NCBI GenBank assembly: GCA_051313645.2
Contig: JBNRSN020000002.1
Coordinates: forward strand, 100,316,001 to 100,380,000
Source: Centroscyllium fabricii
Taxonomy: Eukaryota
Length of the DNA: 64,000 bases
Reading direction: 5' to 3'
Below, piece by piece: positions 1 to 12,814 of this stretch. Each line of letters opens with the position of its first letter. Positions within the stretch are counted from its first letter, which is position 1. A program made the translations under genes and the position numbers. Under the pieces are notes generated by a model, which was not told the origin of the DNA, made no database searches, and worked only from the letters and a program-made list of their open reading frames with translations.

Positions 1-188
1 AGGGCAGATGGGGTCTTGGTTTCATGTCGCATCGAAAGCTCACCACTTGCAACAATGCAGCACTCCACTCCCTCAGTATTGTACTGAAGTATTAACCTAG
101 ATTATGCGATTAAATCTCTGGCATGGGGCTTGAACACAAGAACTTCTGACCCAGAGACAAGAGTGCTACCACTGAGCCAAGGCTGACA
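1..188 (-). mobile_element. Deu-domain tRNA-derived SINE (SacSINE1-like), 5' part, degraded
   Basis: Reverse complement begins TGTCAGCCTTGGCTCAGTGGTAGCACTC and resembles the copies at 261 and 29309. Confidence 0.7.
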
Positions 189-260
189 GTTGGTAATTTT
201 CTTGCTTCTGGTTCAGAGGACATAGGCTCGAGCACCCTTTCATAGTTTGAATTTATAATC

Positions 261-728
261 GAAAAGAAAAAGACTTACATTCCAAAGCGCCTTTCACAAC
301 CACCGGACATTCCAAAATGCTTTACAGCCAATGAAGTACTTTTTGAAGTGTAGTCACTGTTGTGATGTAGGGAACGGAGCAGCCAATTTGTGCACAGCAA
401 GCTCCCACAAACAGCAATGTGATAATGACCAGACAATCTGTTTTAGTGATGTTGATTGAGGGTTAAATATTGGCCAGGACACCGGGGATAACTCCCCTGC
501 TCCTCTTTGAAATAGTGCCATGGGATCTTTTACATCCAGCTGAGAGCAGACCAGGCCTTGGTTTAACATCTCATCTGAAAGACAGCACCTCCAGCAGTGC
601 AGCACTCCCTCAGCACTGCACTGGAGTGTCAGCCTAGATTGTTGTGCTCAAGTACCTGGAGTGGGACTTGAACCCACAACCTTCCAACTCAGTAGGTGAG
701 AGTGCTACCCACTGAGCCATGGCTGACA
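261..728 (-). mobile_element. Deu-domain tRNA-derived SINE (SacSINE1-like), full length
   Basis: tRNA-like head with A/B boxes (GGCTCAGTGGGTAG, GGTTCAAGTCCC), Deu-like core GTAAAAGATCCCATGGCACTATTT...CCTGGCCAATATTT, T-rich tail. Confidence 0.8.
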
Positions 729-3635
729 TTCCAGTGCAATATGGAAAGAGCACTTGCTTCCGGGAGTTCAAATGAGGTTTTTAACTGATGTGCTCTCTGC
801 CTATGGTGATGGTTGAGGTTGGACATTAAGAGTGACATGGCATTATTCATAGACATGCATGGAACTCTCCCAGTGTCCTGACTGTAAATAGATTAATTGG
901 CCATTCATTGTATGGTTGTTTATTGGGCATTGCTGATACAATATTGATGCTGTGAAGAACTGTGAGATGTTTTGGCATGATTAGAAACTATATGAATACA
1001 ATTGCTATTATTTATCATTCACTTCAGAATCTTTAGGAAACTGATTTTATTGTTTGAAAAATCTTGAACACTATCTAGTTTAGCATTTTGTTCAGAAAGT
1101 TTCATTTTGAGTAAAAATATGACTCAATCAGATGTGGAAATGTTATAAAGCAAGTATGAAATTGTGCACAGTTACTATTTCCAAAAATAGTATACAGCAT
1201 GTTGATGTAATAATGTGATTCACTATAGAATGGTAGACATGGGCTTCTTCTTACAGTTTCCCACAGGTGAGTTTCCAATTTTGACTGGATCATATAGGAA
1301 GCCTAGGCACTGAAAGACAACCCCAGAGAAAGGGAAGGGAAGTAAAGCAATGTTTGATTTTCCACCCTTCCATAATCTATGGGAGGAAAATATGGTGCAA
1401 AAAAACCTGCAATAATAAACTCATGACACGGGCATCCATATAAAAATATTTTTCATCAAAAGATAAATGAAATAATGCTTGTTTTTAGGTTTTGTGTTAA
1501 TATTGTGGTAAAATTTACATATAAAACATGTCAGTCTTAGAAAAGTCAAAATGAATAACTTTTGACTGGAAGATGTTAAGAATCAGCACAAACAGAACAG
1601 CCCAAAGCTTTTGTGGATTGGATTTAATTGTGTAATCGTGGAAACAGTTACTGATATAAAAAAAAGCAAACTACATTTCTAAATATTAGGGATAAGAGTA
1701 CTTTTCCTTTATACTATCCTTTACCAAACTCTGAATGCTGGATTATGAGTTGCCCTTGGTATCATGTACATCTATAGAGTTATATTTTATAATTGTTTTA
1801 AAAAATCTGATAAATAAATGATTAAGAATTTCAACTTTATTGTCACAGTTAAATGACTAAAACACCAAACAACACTTAATTTACTTCTGCCTTTAATTCA
1901 GTTACTTTGTGATACACAACTGCAATGGCTTTTCACATGGTTGAACGATGCAATAGACAAATCTTCATTCACAATATTTATTCGAAATAGTTTTCAATTC
2001 AAGGTCAGGATCATCAGCCATATATTCCAGTAATGCTTTCAATGTCTATCCAATGTTATTCAGTAAACGCATACGGAACAGCAAGTACTGCTCTTTGCTG
2101 ACTGTGTGAGGAGCATTGTAATGTTCACAAAGGAAGTTTCAGACAGAATCATAGGCACAGTCACATATATCAAACTGATATATATCAGTTGTAACCGGTT
2201 TAATCTGATGAATATTTTAATAAAAGGCACCTTTGATGGTAAATAACAATAGACCGAAAAGGAGCAATCCCACGTATAAGTGTCTAACATCGCCTTACAA
2301 GGATCCGCTCTTGTGCAGGGGTGTACGGTCTGCTCTCAATGTTTATTTATTGGAATCCTATCAAACAGAATTCTACAGTTTGTTTTGAAGATCAGAATGA
2401 GCTTTACTGATTACCAGAGATTTATATCACTCTGGTTGGGAGGCACAACCGTGCTCAAAGTTCAACGAGAGAGAAAAAAACAAGCAACTTGTAACTATTA
2501 TATAGGAGTTTAACGCGGAAATACAATACTGGCCTTTGCGAATGTAAATAAATAAACAACCTTTCTCTTGTGATTTAATTTCCTACATTGAATTAAAAGT
2601 TTGTAATTAACTGCCGCCAGCTTTCTCGCTTTAACAAAAAGTCGGTAAATTAGAAATGAGTAATACACAGCCTTATGCGTTACAACTGTTCCACATTTGG
2701 GGGTGGGGGATCCCACATTTAGAGGCTTTGCTAAGGCTACCTTACTCGGTTCGCATTCGGGAGAACATCTTCTGACAGAAAAGAGACTTGGAAGCAGTTA
2801 TATCGAGTCACAGGAAGGTCGGTTGTTTCTCCCGCTCAAAAACTGCTGCTAAATATGAATCCATTTGTTTCAGCTTCTCAGGTCGTGCCCCGTGTTGGCT
2901 GAGCAAGGGAAGGCAGTGTGAATGGTCTTAACACGTCGCCTTCAAAATGTTTCTTTTTAAACTGTTCAGCTAGCTGAAACCAGCCTTTTGATGCTAATTA
3001 TGAATGTGGAATTGTAATTGTTTCTTCGATAATCGAGTGAGAATTGAACGCCAATGATATATTAATCGGCGTGCTGGAATCAAAGTGTGTGTGCATCCCA
3101 TCACCTGCAGGCAAACTGAATCTTTTCCACGACGCCTGTCCCCCCACCCCACCCCCCAAAAAACAATGTATTTTAGGTAAAATATGCCATTTAATCTGTG
3201 CTTTGCTAAAAAGGATGTGGCGTACTGGTAAATAATAGAGTACAAGCACCAACAATCCGGCTCTTGCAAATGTACCGCCTTTTTTGAGTCGTTTCTGAAG
3301 ACTAACCCAGCTTGGAAATAAAAGCACAAGTCTAGTAAGGTGAACCATCACCACAGCTTGCTGTGCTTCTCTGAGCCCTCAGTGTCTCGGTACACGGTGT
3401 GGGGCTCAGGGTTCCTCGCTCTCTCTCTCTCTCGCCACGATGAAACTTCAACAGATTTGACGTCAAGAAAGTCGGATGCATAGCAGACGTAATTGTTGCT
3501 AATAATTTGTGTGTACAGTGCTGGTCACAAAAGGAAGATAAAGTGTAAGAGACTGCGTTTCTTAGCAACCCGTGGGTGTGTGTGTGTGTGTGATGGCAAA
3601 GTGTTTGATTAGAGCTTTCATTCGCGTGGGTCTGT

Positions 3636-3656
3636 TTCAGCACCTTGGATAGAGAC
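3636..3656 (+). promoter_or_regulatory. RE1/NRSE (REST binding site)
   Basis: TTCAGCACC-TT-GGATAGAGAC versus consensus TTCAGCACC-NN-GGACAGCGCC, canonical 2-nt spacer, 2.1 kb upstream of a neuronal gene ATG. Confidence 0.7.
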
Positions 3657-4209
3657 AGCACCAGCCCTCCAGAGCCAGAGCGACCAGAGAGATTCACTTC
3701 ACTTTCTGGACAGCTCGTGGAAGTCGATTTTTTTTATTTTTCCACTTTGTTGCATAAAACTGGTCAAAAGCAAGTTGGAGGGCGAGTGGTTTTCGCTGCA
3801 TACAACCCACTGTCGAACCCAGCCCTGACACTTTGTAGTTGCACTTTAATCAGAAATCTAATTTATAACAACAGATTTATCACAGACTTAGGGAACTCAC
3901 CAGCGCAGTTTTGTTCGCAGGCAATCAAAGTGAAAGCAAAAACAAAAGGCGGGCTGGGGGGCTGGGGGGCGGTCTTTGAATAGAAACGACCTGGTGAAAA
4001 GCTCCAAGTACCCAATCTCTCGTCAATGTATATTTCAGCCCAAGATAAAACAAGTCTTTTACCCCCCCCGAAAAATAAAGATATGTTTTATTCTTAAGTA
4101 AATTTGGATTTGAGTTGACTTATCCAACATTCGGCGTAGGATTTTTTTTTACATCTGAACCAAACGCACCTTCGGATCAGAGATTTTGTTTTGAACGTCA
4201 CTGTTTTAG

Positions 4210-4366
4210 GTGAGATGTGGGAGAGATCAGATGTATCTCTCCCTTGCATATGTGCTTTCTTTGGATCAACTTCTCTTTCACCTGACGAAGGAGCTTCGCT
4301 CCGAAAGCTTGTGGTTTAAAATAAAACTGTTGGACTATAACCTGCTGTGTTGTGTGACTTCTTGCA
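4210..4366 (+). mobile_element. Penelope-like element terminal fragment with hammerhead core
   Basis: CTGACGAAGGAGCTTCGCTCCGAAAGCTT followed by AATAAAA..TTGGACTATAACCTG..TGTTGTGTGACTTCTTGCA, the same end as at 36073-36367. Confidence 0.7.
4278..4314 (+). ncRNA. Minimal type I hammerhead ribozyme motif
   Basis: Stem I UCAC/GUGG; core CUGACGA; extra A; stem II GGAGC-UUC-GCUCC; GAAA; palindromic stem III AGCU; predicted cleavage after CUU (4310). Confidence 0.6.
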
Positions 4367-5740
4367 ACTGTTTCAGAAAGCAGCTTTCGTTCAGTCTTGT
4401 TGTGTATTCCCCCAAAGCTCGGCATCTATTCGCTGGAGCGGACCCGGCCACGCCGGCCTCTTTAATAATATTTAACAATAGATGTACTTAAAATTGTAGT
4501 GCATGTTTGTTTGCCCCATCTATTGGAGCCGATAAAATCGGCAAGGTGCAGCCGGGAAGTTTAAATATATATCTATAAATGATTGTGAATAGTTTTGAAT
4601 TGATCTAGGATGTGATTTCTGGGGAGTGAGTTGGTCTGATTTGAACCGTGTCTCATACATGGCAGGAGAGGCTGATCGCTCCAGCTTTTACCTAAAAGCT
4701 CAGAAAACCAGGTGTAGGTGCGTTACAAATCTGTCCTCTTTTCCAAAATGCAAACTGGAGAAAGCAGGAACCCGATGCGAGCGATGAAGCGACCGTCTTC
4801 TAATTTATAACAGATTTATGGTCTTCTTCCTCCGACACCCCCCCCCCCCCCCCGCCCCACTCCCCATTGAGCAGAACTCTGCTTAAATAACTGCGAGATG
4901 TGTTTGGGTTTAATAGGTCGATGAAGACGGACATCTGCGAAGCTTTCTGTGAAAACGCAAGGCGCGAACAAGTCGCGCAATACGTTTTAAACAAAAACCA
5001 CTTCACTGACTTCACCATCCCTCTCTGTCTCTCCCTCACCCGCCACTAAAATTCAATAAACTCAACACAACAGACCGCCCGTCATATCAAAATAAAGTAC
5101 CATCATCTTTGAATTCTCACATTCATCAACTGATCTGCATGTTTCGCCCCCCCCCCACCACCACAAAAAAACCCAGCCAGCTCGCAGCTCTGGGAGGCTG
5201 GGACCGTTTCTCTTTGTTCCCAGATCACACGCTTTCCAAGAATGACTCCGGACCTCTGCACACAACATCCATCCAAGTGGAGGGAAGGGGGGGGGGGGGG
5301 GGGGGGGAGAGAAAACACAGTGAAATACAATATACAGTAACTCGCCACAAACAGTCGGGATATCTATCACACGCGTTCTGCTATACTTTCAACACATTGA
5401 CCATTTCATTTCGAAGGCATTTCACACGCGGCGATTGCAAATTAAATAAAACAAGCCATGAAATCATTGTTGTCCCTTCCTTTTTGTAGTAAAGAGGGAA
5501 GGGGGTTTTATTGTTATTATATCCAGGGAAGCGGGGGGAGGAATTCGAACGTGCGCAAGCTGGCTTTTTTTTTCCCCTGGCTGGATTGTGGAAGCTACCA
5601 CTGTCTGGGGTTGTGCTGGATATTAATAAAGAGCGAGAGGGAGAGGGAGGGGGAGGCTGCTCCATCCACCCCGGGTCTGCGCCGACCTTGAGCCGATCCA
5701 GTCTGTTTAAACGGCGGAGTCAATGTAAAGGAAAGTTGCC

Positions 5741-5748
5741 TGACGTCA
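5741..5748. promoter_or_regulatory. Full palindromic CRE (TGACGTCA)
   Basis: Exact motif just upstream of the ATG; other copies at 3458, 9852 and 12430. Confidence 0.5.
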
Positions 5749-5765
5749 CGCAGTGTGGGAGAAAG

Positions 5766-6030
5766 ATGGCCACGTTAACGAACGGCGTGCAGCAGCCAGC
5801 AGACAGCCTCAACAACAACATCCAGATCAGCACCGCCAACGGGCCTATGAACGGACTCAGCCACAGCCAGAACAGCACCATCCCCATGAAGGACCACGAC
5901 GCCATCAAACTTTTCATCGGCCAGATCCCCCGCAACCTGGAGGAGAAGGACCTCAAGCCCCTCTTTGAGGAATTTGGCAAGATCTACGAGCTGACGGTGC
6001 TGAAGGATCGCTTCACCGGCATGCACAAGG
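5766..6030 (+). CDS. CELF6: CELF family (CUGBP Elav-like) RNA-binding protein, coding exon 1 (N-terminus and first part of RRM1)
   Basis: ATG in context AAGATGG. Translates MATLTNG...[13 protein letters not shown]...[51 protein letters not shown], the CELF4/CELF6 RRM1 signature. Phase-1 donor G|GTCTGT at 6031. CELF6 is preferred over CELF4 because of LEEKDL, CARES and the short intron 1 (recalled, not searched). Confidence 0.85.
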
Positions 6031-7972
6031 GTCTGTACACCATCCAGCAACTGCTCTTGACCGCTCGCAGAAAGCAAAACTTCGGGGGCTTTCCCAAAGT
6101 CGGTGCAATCTGAGAATGTCTTTGTTGTTGTTGTTGTTGTTGTTGATTTGCTGGTGTGTGGGGTTTTTTTTAATGCTGGGGTCTGGTGGGGTGGTGCTGA
6201 AGGATAGCGCTCCTGGCTGGGCAGGACTCGACAGCTCGTGTTCTCGCATTTAAAACAAATAGCGTTTGTAAAGGAGCATGAGCCATCTCCGATTTTTTTT
6301 TAAAGCCCAGGAACTGATGGGTGCTGAATGCTAGGCTTGACCCTGCTCCCTCCCTGTACACTTTGCACCGAATGAAAGAACTTAAGATTTCAAAGCACTC
6401 GGCGAACAGTGTAGGTGCTCTGTCTCCGCCACCCTCCCTTTTCTGTGTGTGTGTGTTAACATATTTAGGGTTTTTTTAGTGTGTGGTTCGAAAGACAAAG
6501 CTCCAGCCAGTTGCTAGTACTGAAGGACAGCTCTCCCGGCTCCAGTTAACAGTTTACACCTGCAGCCGCCTTTGTCAGAACAAGACAACTTTTTTTTGTT
6601 TAAATCGGTTTGGAAGACTTGGGCGGGGGTTGGCCGCGATTGCAGCTACATGATGGGAGGGTTGGGGGTCACTAATGGTGCTAAACGCCAGCTTCACACA
6701 CACACACACACACAGACTAACTTGCAGGATTTGTAGTGGTGATTTTCAAAGGTGAAATGAGCCAGCTGCCGCTGCTGCTGTGTGATATGGAGAAAAGCAC
6801 ACAGAGTGGGCAGGTGCACAGTCAATCTGCGTGTTGGAGATGGGGGGGGGGGGGGAGGGTTAAAAGTAAGATATGAAAAGGGCCTTGGGTTATCTGTAAT
6901 TTAAAATGCAATATTTATGAGCTCACCGGCCGCATTCAGAGGCGCGGATAAGACTGCATGCTATTTTCAATAACATGGATTGAAATTTCAATGATATGAG
7001 TGATGTGATTCCAAACACTCGTTCTTTAAGCCTTTAGATAATAATTATTTACTGATCATATTAAGATTGCCGGCTGCATTTTTTTTTCCAATTTAAGAAT
7101 TTTTTTAAAAGTATAGTGTATCCAATTTTTGTTCATGGCTGGTCGGAATCTTAGACTTTGATTTATTTCTATATCATGCAGCTATTTTATTTAATCAATG
7201 CATTATTTACGCGTCGGCTGCCAATAAGCCAGGTCTGGGGCCAGGAACACTTTGCACAGCCCCCTCGTCCCGGTCTGCCCAGTCGGTCCGCCTGGGCTGG
7301 GAGCTGCAGAGTTGGAAGTTGCTTGGGGTGTGCTCTGCATCAGCAGTGACAACTCCTGCGGGTTAACTTGGACTGTCAGACCACATATGGCACTGTGCAG
7401 ACAGCACAGACTTCTGATAATACAACGATAACAGTCGCAGCCTCAATAGTTCATGTCAGGGAGCGTGTCCTCTGCTATAGAATTGTATCCATTGTCCCTT
7501 TTAAGGAAATTAAATATTGCTCCCAATGTGGACTGGGGGTAGCAGTGCCTCTCTAAGAGTAAACCACATCATGAGCAGTGTGTGCTGTGTTGATATATGT
7601 GTGTGACTACATATAACATGCATCCTCTGCCTATATAGAAGTGTATTCTTGGAATTAAATGTTATCCTTTCATATAGTTATGGTGTCTTTACAATCCACT
7701 GTTCGGGCATTGACTATGCAGGAGGACATCATTTTTCAAAAATAAATGTGTCAATCTATTCCAAATAAAGTCTGGTTAATGATATAAGTCGATAACATAA
7801 AGGTGATTTAGTCAGACGCACTTTCCTGATCCTGAACACTAGCTTGCGTGTGCAAATATTGGATTGTTGGAACAATAAACACTCAGATCATTTCGAAATA
7901 AAAAGTGAAAGCAACATTCTATTCACAGTGCCTTTGTATATTATGTTTTTTTTCTTTTAATTCAATGATTAG

Positions 7973-8055
7973 GTTGTGCCTTCCTAACGTACTGTGCCAG
8001 GGAATCTGCTCTCAAGGCCCAGAGTGCATTGCATGAACAGAAGACATTACCTGGG
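7973..8055 (+). CDS. CELF6: CELF family gene, coding exon 2 (83 nt, RNP1 part of RRM1)
   Basis: T-rich tract plus AG at 7971-7972. Translates (G)[27 protein letters not shown] in frame with exon 1. Donor GTAAGT at 8056. Not in the supplied ORF track. Expected exon 3 (MNRPIQVKPAD) was not found in the window. Confidence 0.9.
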
Positions 8056-11000
8056 GTAAGTTCAAGAAATTCTTTCAAGTTTCCTGATATTGGTGATCGA
8101 TCCGAGCCATTGCCTCTTCCGTTCAAAGAGGTGCCGCATCTCCTCGGGCGCTGTTTAGATTTTTTAGTAATAAAACATTAAAATGAAAGTCGTTCATCGT
8201 ATTATTGGCAGTTGCATGCTTTATTTATGCATTTATGTGTTTTAAATTGTATTGGGATGCGAGAGGGGAATCAAGATTCCAACTTGGCGCGGCTTCAAGA
8301 GAGAGTAAAAAGTGATTATATTTATAGGGACCGAAACCTTCATCGTGTCACAGGCCTGTGACTTGTGTCATAGGCAGTCTTTAAGTAGCCGTGTTGGTAT
8401 CTATTGAAATACTGTGTGTATATAGGTGGAGTTACATGACAGCTTTTAAAGAGAGGGATAGTCAGGTACAGATGAGCAGCTTTAGACAATGAGCCACGTG
8501 GATGACAATGGACATGTTATTTTCCTTTAAAGAGCTGCGACTGTCTTCCCTTGACAGCCCTGGGTGTTTTTTTTTAGATCCTGCTAAGAAAAGACTAGTG
8601 TGATTATGGGCATTTTAAGACGAGCTTTCAAAAGTCATTTATGCAATCAGCTGTGATATCCTCTCTCATCGATTAATTGTGCTGCTTGAAATACATATTT
8701 TATAACAAGCTGACAAATTCAAGCAAGCGTGTTACAAACCAGCGCGGTTTGGGACTGGGAGGCAACTCGGGCCATGCATTCCTTGCAAGAACGATCTGCG
8801 CCTGATGATTGTTCTGTATCTTACCCCCCCCCCCCCCCCCCCCCACCCCCAACAATAATTAGAGGGAAACGTGACCTTTGAATATTTTTTGCACAACTCC
8901 ATCAAACCCTTTGATTGTTCCAATCCGTGCCTTGGCCAGTCCCTCCCTGCCCCTCCCGCGATGCCTGTCACACTGAGATCAATATATATTTTATGTAACA
9001 TCTGTACGGATGGATGATAAGGAATGGTGTTTCATGCGGAATGAGATGTATAAATTACAAAGGTTATTCCCAGGAGACTAACAATGGAGGGAGGGGGGAT
9101 ACGTTGCGATTGAAGTTTTTAGATTAATACCCTCCGTGTGCCACCTCTGATTCAATCTGGCTTTTCTCCGCGTTTGTATTTGTACAGATATATTTCCGAT
9201 CAGTACCGAGTCAGAGGTTTGTACTTGGTAGCTGGGAGTGAGAATCGTTCTGCATTCAATGTGTAGCCACCTACTATCAGGGGGCTGTGTGGCTTTTGTC
9301 AAGACTTATTATCATACAGAAGCCTTCAGCTTTCCCATGGCCTACTTCATTCCCATTGTAGAGATGTATTTAAGTCAACAGCTGTCACTGCTATGCAGCA
9401 GCCCTCCAAGTCTTATAACAAGACCCCCCCTCCTATTTATTCTCATCGAATGCAATAGTCTGTTATTCTCAAATCTTCACAAACCTAATCACATTTGAAG
9501 GGGGGAGGGGGGGGGGGGGGAGGTTCGGCCACCGGGCACTTCACTGTTATATTGTTAAGCTATATTATTAGTTTACACAGTAATTGGTGGCCATTAGGCA
9601 CAAATAATTAAGACCCCAAAGACCAATCTTTACATGTGCACGCATGTGTGTAAAAATGAAAGCTGCACCGCCCTTTTGTGTGCTTTCAGCTGTCATCCAA
9701 TTTTTACAGCTCCCTGGCACATCACAAATATCATCCGGCAACCCTCAATTTTTGTTCGCATGCTAAATACTTCAGAGGGGTCAGGGCCGTGTGTCTGTCG
9801 GCAAATCCGGTGCCGCCCGTTTGTTCACTGAAGCGCCTTTAGCACCAACAATGACGTCATCGTACAGAGCCCACCAACAAATCCTGAGAAGCAACAACAG
9901 ATCCACTGCAGAACAATTCTTAAAATGCAAAACCTGTTTAAATGGAATCAATCCGCTCTCAGTGAAAGGAGACTGTAGCTTAAAGTCGCAATGCCCCCCG
10001 CTCCTAGGGATTTTTATACTTGTAGTGACATCTGAAAAATAAAGAATGAGACAAGAGACTCTAACTTAATTTCTTTAAATCCATTTCCTCGCCATCCAGT
10101 ATTGTTTGGCGGCTTGGTTGGTTTTGAAGTTATGAAATCAATTTTCAAGTTGGTAAGTAAATTATGGGGAAAAGGAATGCGACAACCTTAGACATCCACA
10201 TCTGATATTGTTGTATGAATGAGACTGTGTAGAACAATACAGGTTTCATTTGGATTTGGTTTATACATGACGCAGCGAGCAGTCAGCTAGACCCGCTGCA
10301 GACAGTCTGCAATAGACTAGTTTCCAACTTTTAGTGGCTTGGTCTTTTGTTTGGACTAATCTGGGAACATATGCAACACTGATGTAGGAAACGGACACAC
10401 GATTCTTTGAATCATTTCTTACATACAGAGCACGCTTGTCAGAAATCCTTTGAGCAGATTTAAAATAGAAAATGTGAACTATGTCTGTCAGCAATGTTTA
10501 AGATCACTTTTTTAACATTAGAAATCCCATTGCATCATGTGTACTAGATTATAGACAATAAGGCTTTTTTATGTAAAGTGAATGCATGAGTGTCTGCGTG
10601 AAAGTGAGAGAGACAGAGCAATAAGAGACTGATTACATGAATTGGAGTCAGTTTGGTCTTTGTTGACCTGCTGGAGACTCAGGGGTATTGTGAAGAATTG
10701 CAGACTTAAAAAAAAGCCAGCAAGAATGTCCATGGGAGGTGCAAGATGTGTGCAAGAAATGTGTGCAAGATGTGTGCAAGAAATGTGTGCTGGGATGATT
10801 ACACATGTTGTTCCATCTGAGTCAGAGAGAGCGAGGGAGCACTTACACTTCCTCATTATTGTCTATTGAATGGCTGAAGCTGAAAGTAATGAGATGGAGC
10901 TTAATAAGGAAATGCTTCCTTTCAGAGGATGAGAGTTGTGAGCCTGCTGTATCTGCCATGTCTCATTAACAGACTGCTGCGGAGCACATGGTGTCGCACA

Positions 11001-12814
11001 ATAATGAGAGTTTTGAGGGTGGGGGTTGGAAGTGAGCATGCTGTACTCTGGAGATATCTCTCTTGTGTTGCCAAGCATTTAAGTTCATTCCCGAGCAGAC
11101 ACCTGACACAGATAAAAAGGAGGAATACCAAAAGATGGATATTAGAAGACTAGGCAGCGCAGCAGTGAAACATGTATCATGTTTGTTCTGCGTTCTGCAT
11201 CTTCAAGTTCTCATCCCAGTGATGCCTGACACTAAGATTTTATTATCCAGCAATACATTAAGTTTTCTAATCCCTGACTGTACTGCTGGATGATGTGGTT
11301 TTGCACCGGGTGAAGTGATCAGCCTGAGCAGGAGAAACTGGCATGTACTATCCTGCCCTCCTTCAGTAGGCTTTATGTTAGTTCATCTAAAAATATGATA
11401 GACATCATACTTCTCTCTTCTGGGAAGGCAGCAATACAGAGAAAGGTGCAAAGCGGGGGAGTTACCTAATAGAACATTTTCTTTAGCTGTAAAGGGGTTT
11501 TATTGGAGGTCAAACAAAGGATGGCCTAACTAATCCCTGCGGGTGCCATACCTTCTTGTAGTGATGGAGGATTACTATCAGCATTGGAATATTGTGGTAC
11601 AAAGATATTTGGATCAAGGTAGAACCATAGGTCTGTCTCTTGATTTGGTTTGTGTGGAAAGTTTCTGATCCCACAAGATTAGTTTGCTCAGATTGAATCT
11701 TCTTTGCAGATCCAGGAAAGACAAGGACCAGCTTAACATCATACAAGTATTTCTAGAAAGAAGGCTTATACTAGCTTTACTTTTGGTGTCAAATGAATAT
11801 CAGAGGCAAATTCATTCACCATATAAAGGAATGCAAAAAACATATTCATACATACATATATAAATGTACATACACATATAGATCATGGATATTTTTGTAA
11901 TTTACATTATTGAATAATTTACAAAGTTGCTGTGATGTAAACTGTGATGAGCAAACATCTGTATCAATGCAATAGACTGTATCAACAATAATATTCATAA
12001 TATCCTGATGAGTTCTGGCATTGGTCTTCAGCTTATCATAATATATCTTGATTGCCATTTGCCCTGATACTGATTATGACCATCTGCTAATTCTGTCTCA
12101 GCCTCAGTATATATGAATAAAAAAATAAGGAAGCACCTAGCGATGGATGGAACAAAATTTAAAGTCAGACAACAAGCAACAAAAATAAGGAATATATACA
12201 TGACAAATGAAAATGGCAGTGAGACATATGGAAGGAAAATAATGTAACTTTATAAGTGCAGTTGGTCCACATAATATCTGATGAAAAAACATAAAGTATT
12301 TGGATAGTTATCACATTGACACAATGAATGAGTGAAAAGCTGCTATCACACTGTCAATTTAACAACTGTTACAGGTTATCTAGTGTTTATGCTAAAGTAA
12401 TGAGAGAGATTGGTTATCCATCTACATGGTGACGTCAAAAGATTTTACCCTCAACATTTTTCTAAACATAAAGACAAGAAAATATATTATTTTACACCAA
12501 GTCTTTCATGAAACAATTGTCTGATCTGATCTAAAATTATATCATAGGAGAACTAACTTTTATTTTAATGAACAACAGTTCTGGATATTTTGCTTTGTTA
12601 ATAAGAGAAAGTTGCAGAAATCTGCATCTGCAATGTTTTCCTTTTGTTGTAGGAATCTATACCTACTGTACAGCAAAACTGAGATGAAAGCTATTTTACA
12701 CACTCATTTTCTTCTTTTTCTTTCTAGTTTTCTCTTTCTCTCCCTCAATTTTATATGCGGTATCACCCAAATTGTACAGGTATTTGATGACACAGCCACA
12801 AGATCTCTCTAATA

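Larger units (their letters stand above)
4400..6100 (+). promoter_or_regulatory. CpG-rich promoter / 5' UTR region of the CELF gene
   Basis: Visibly higher CpG density and G/C tracts than the flanks, directly upstream of and over exon 1. TSS cannot be determined. Confidence 0.55.

Noticed and set aside
5511-6113. 200 aa ORF as a complete protein
   Set aside because: Start is non-ATG, upstream part is probably UTR and the last 27 codons are intron; homology covers only 5766-6030
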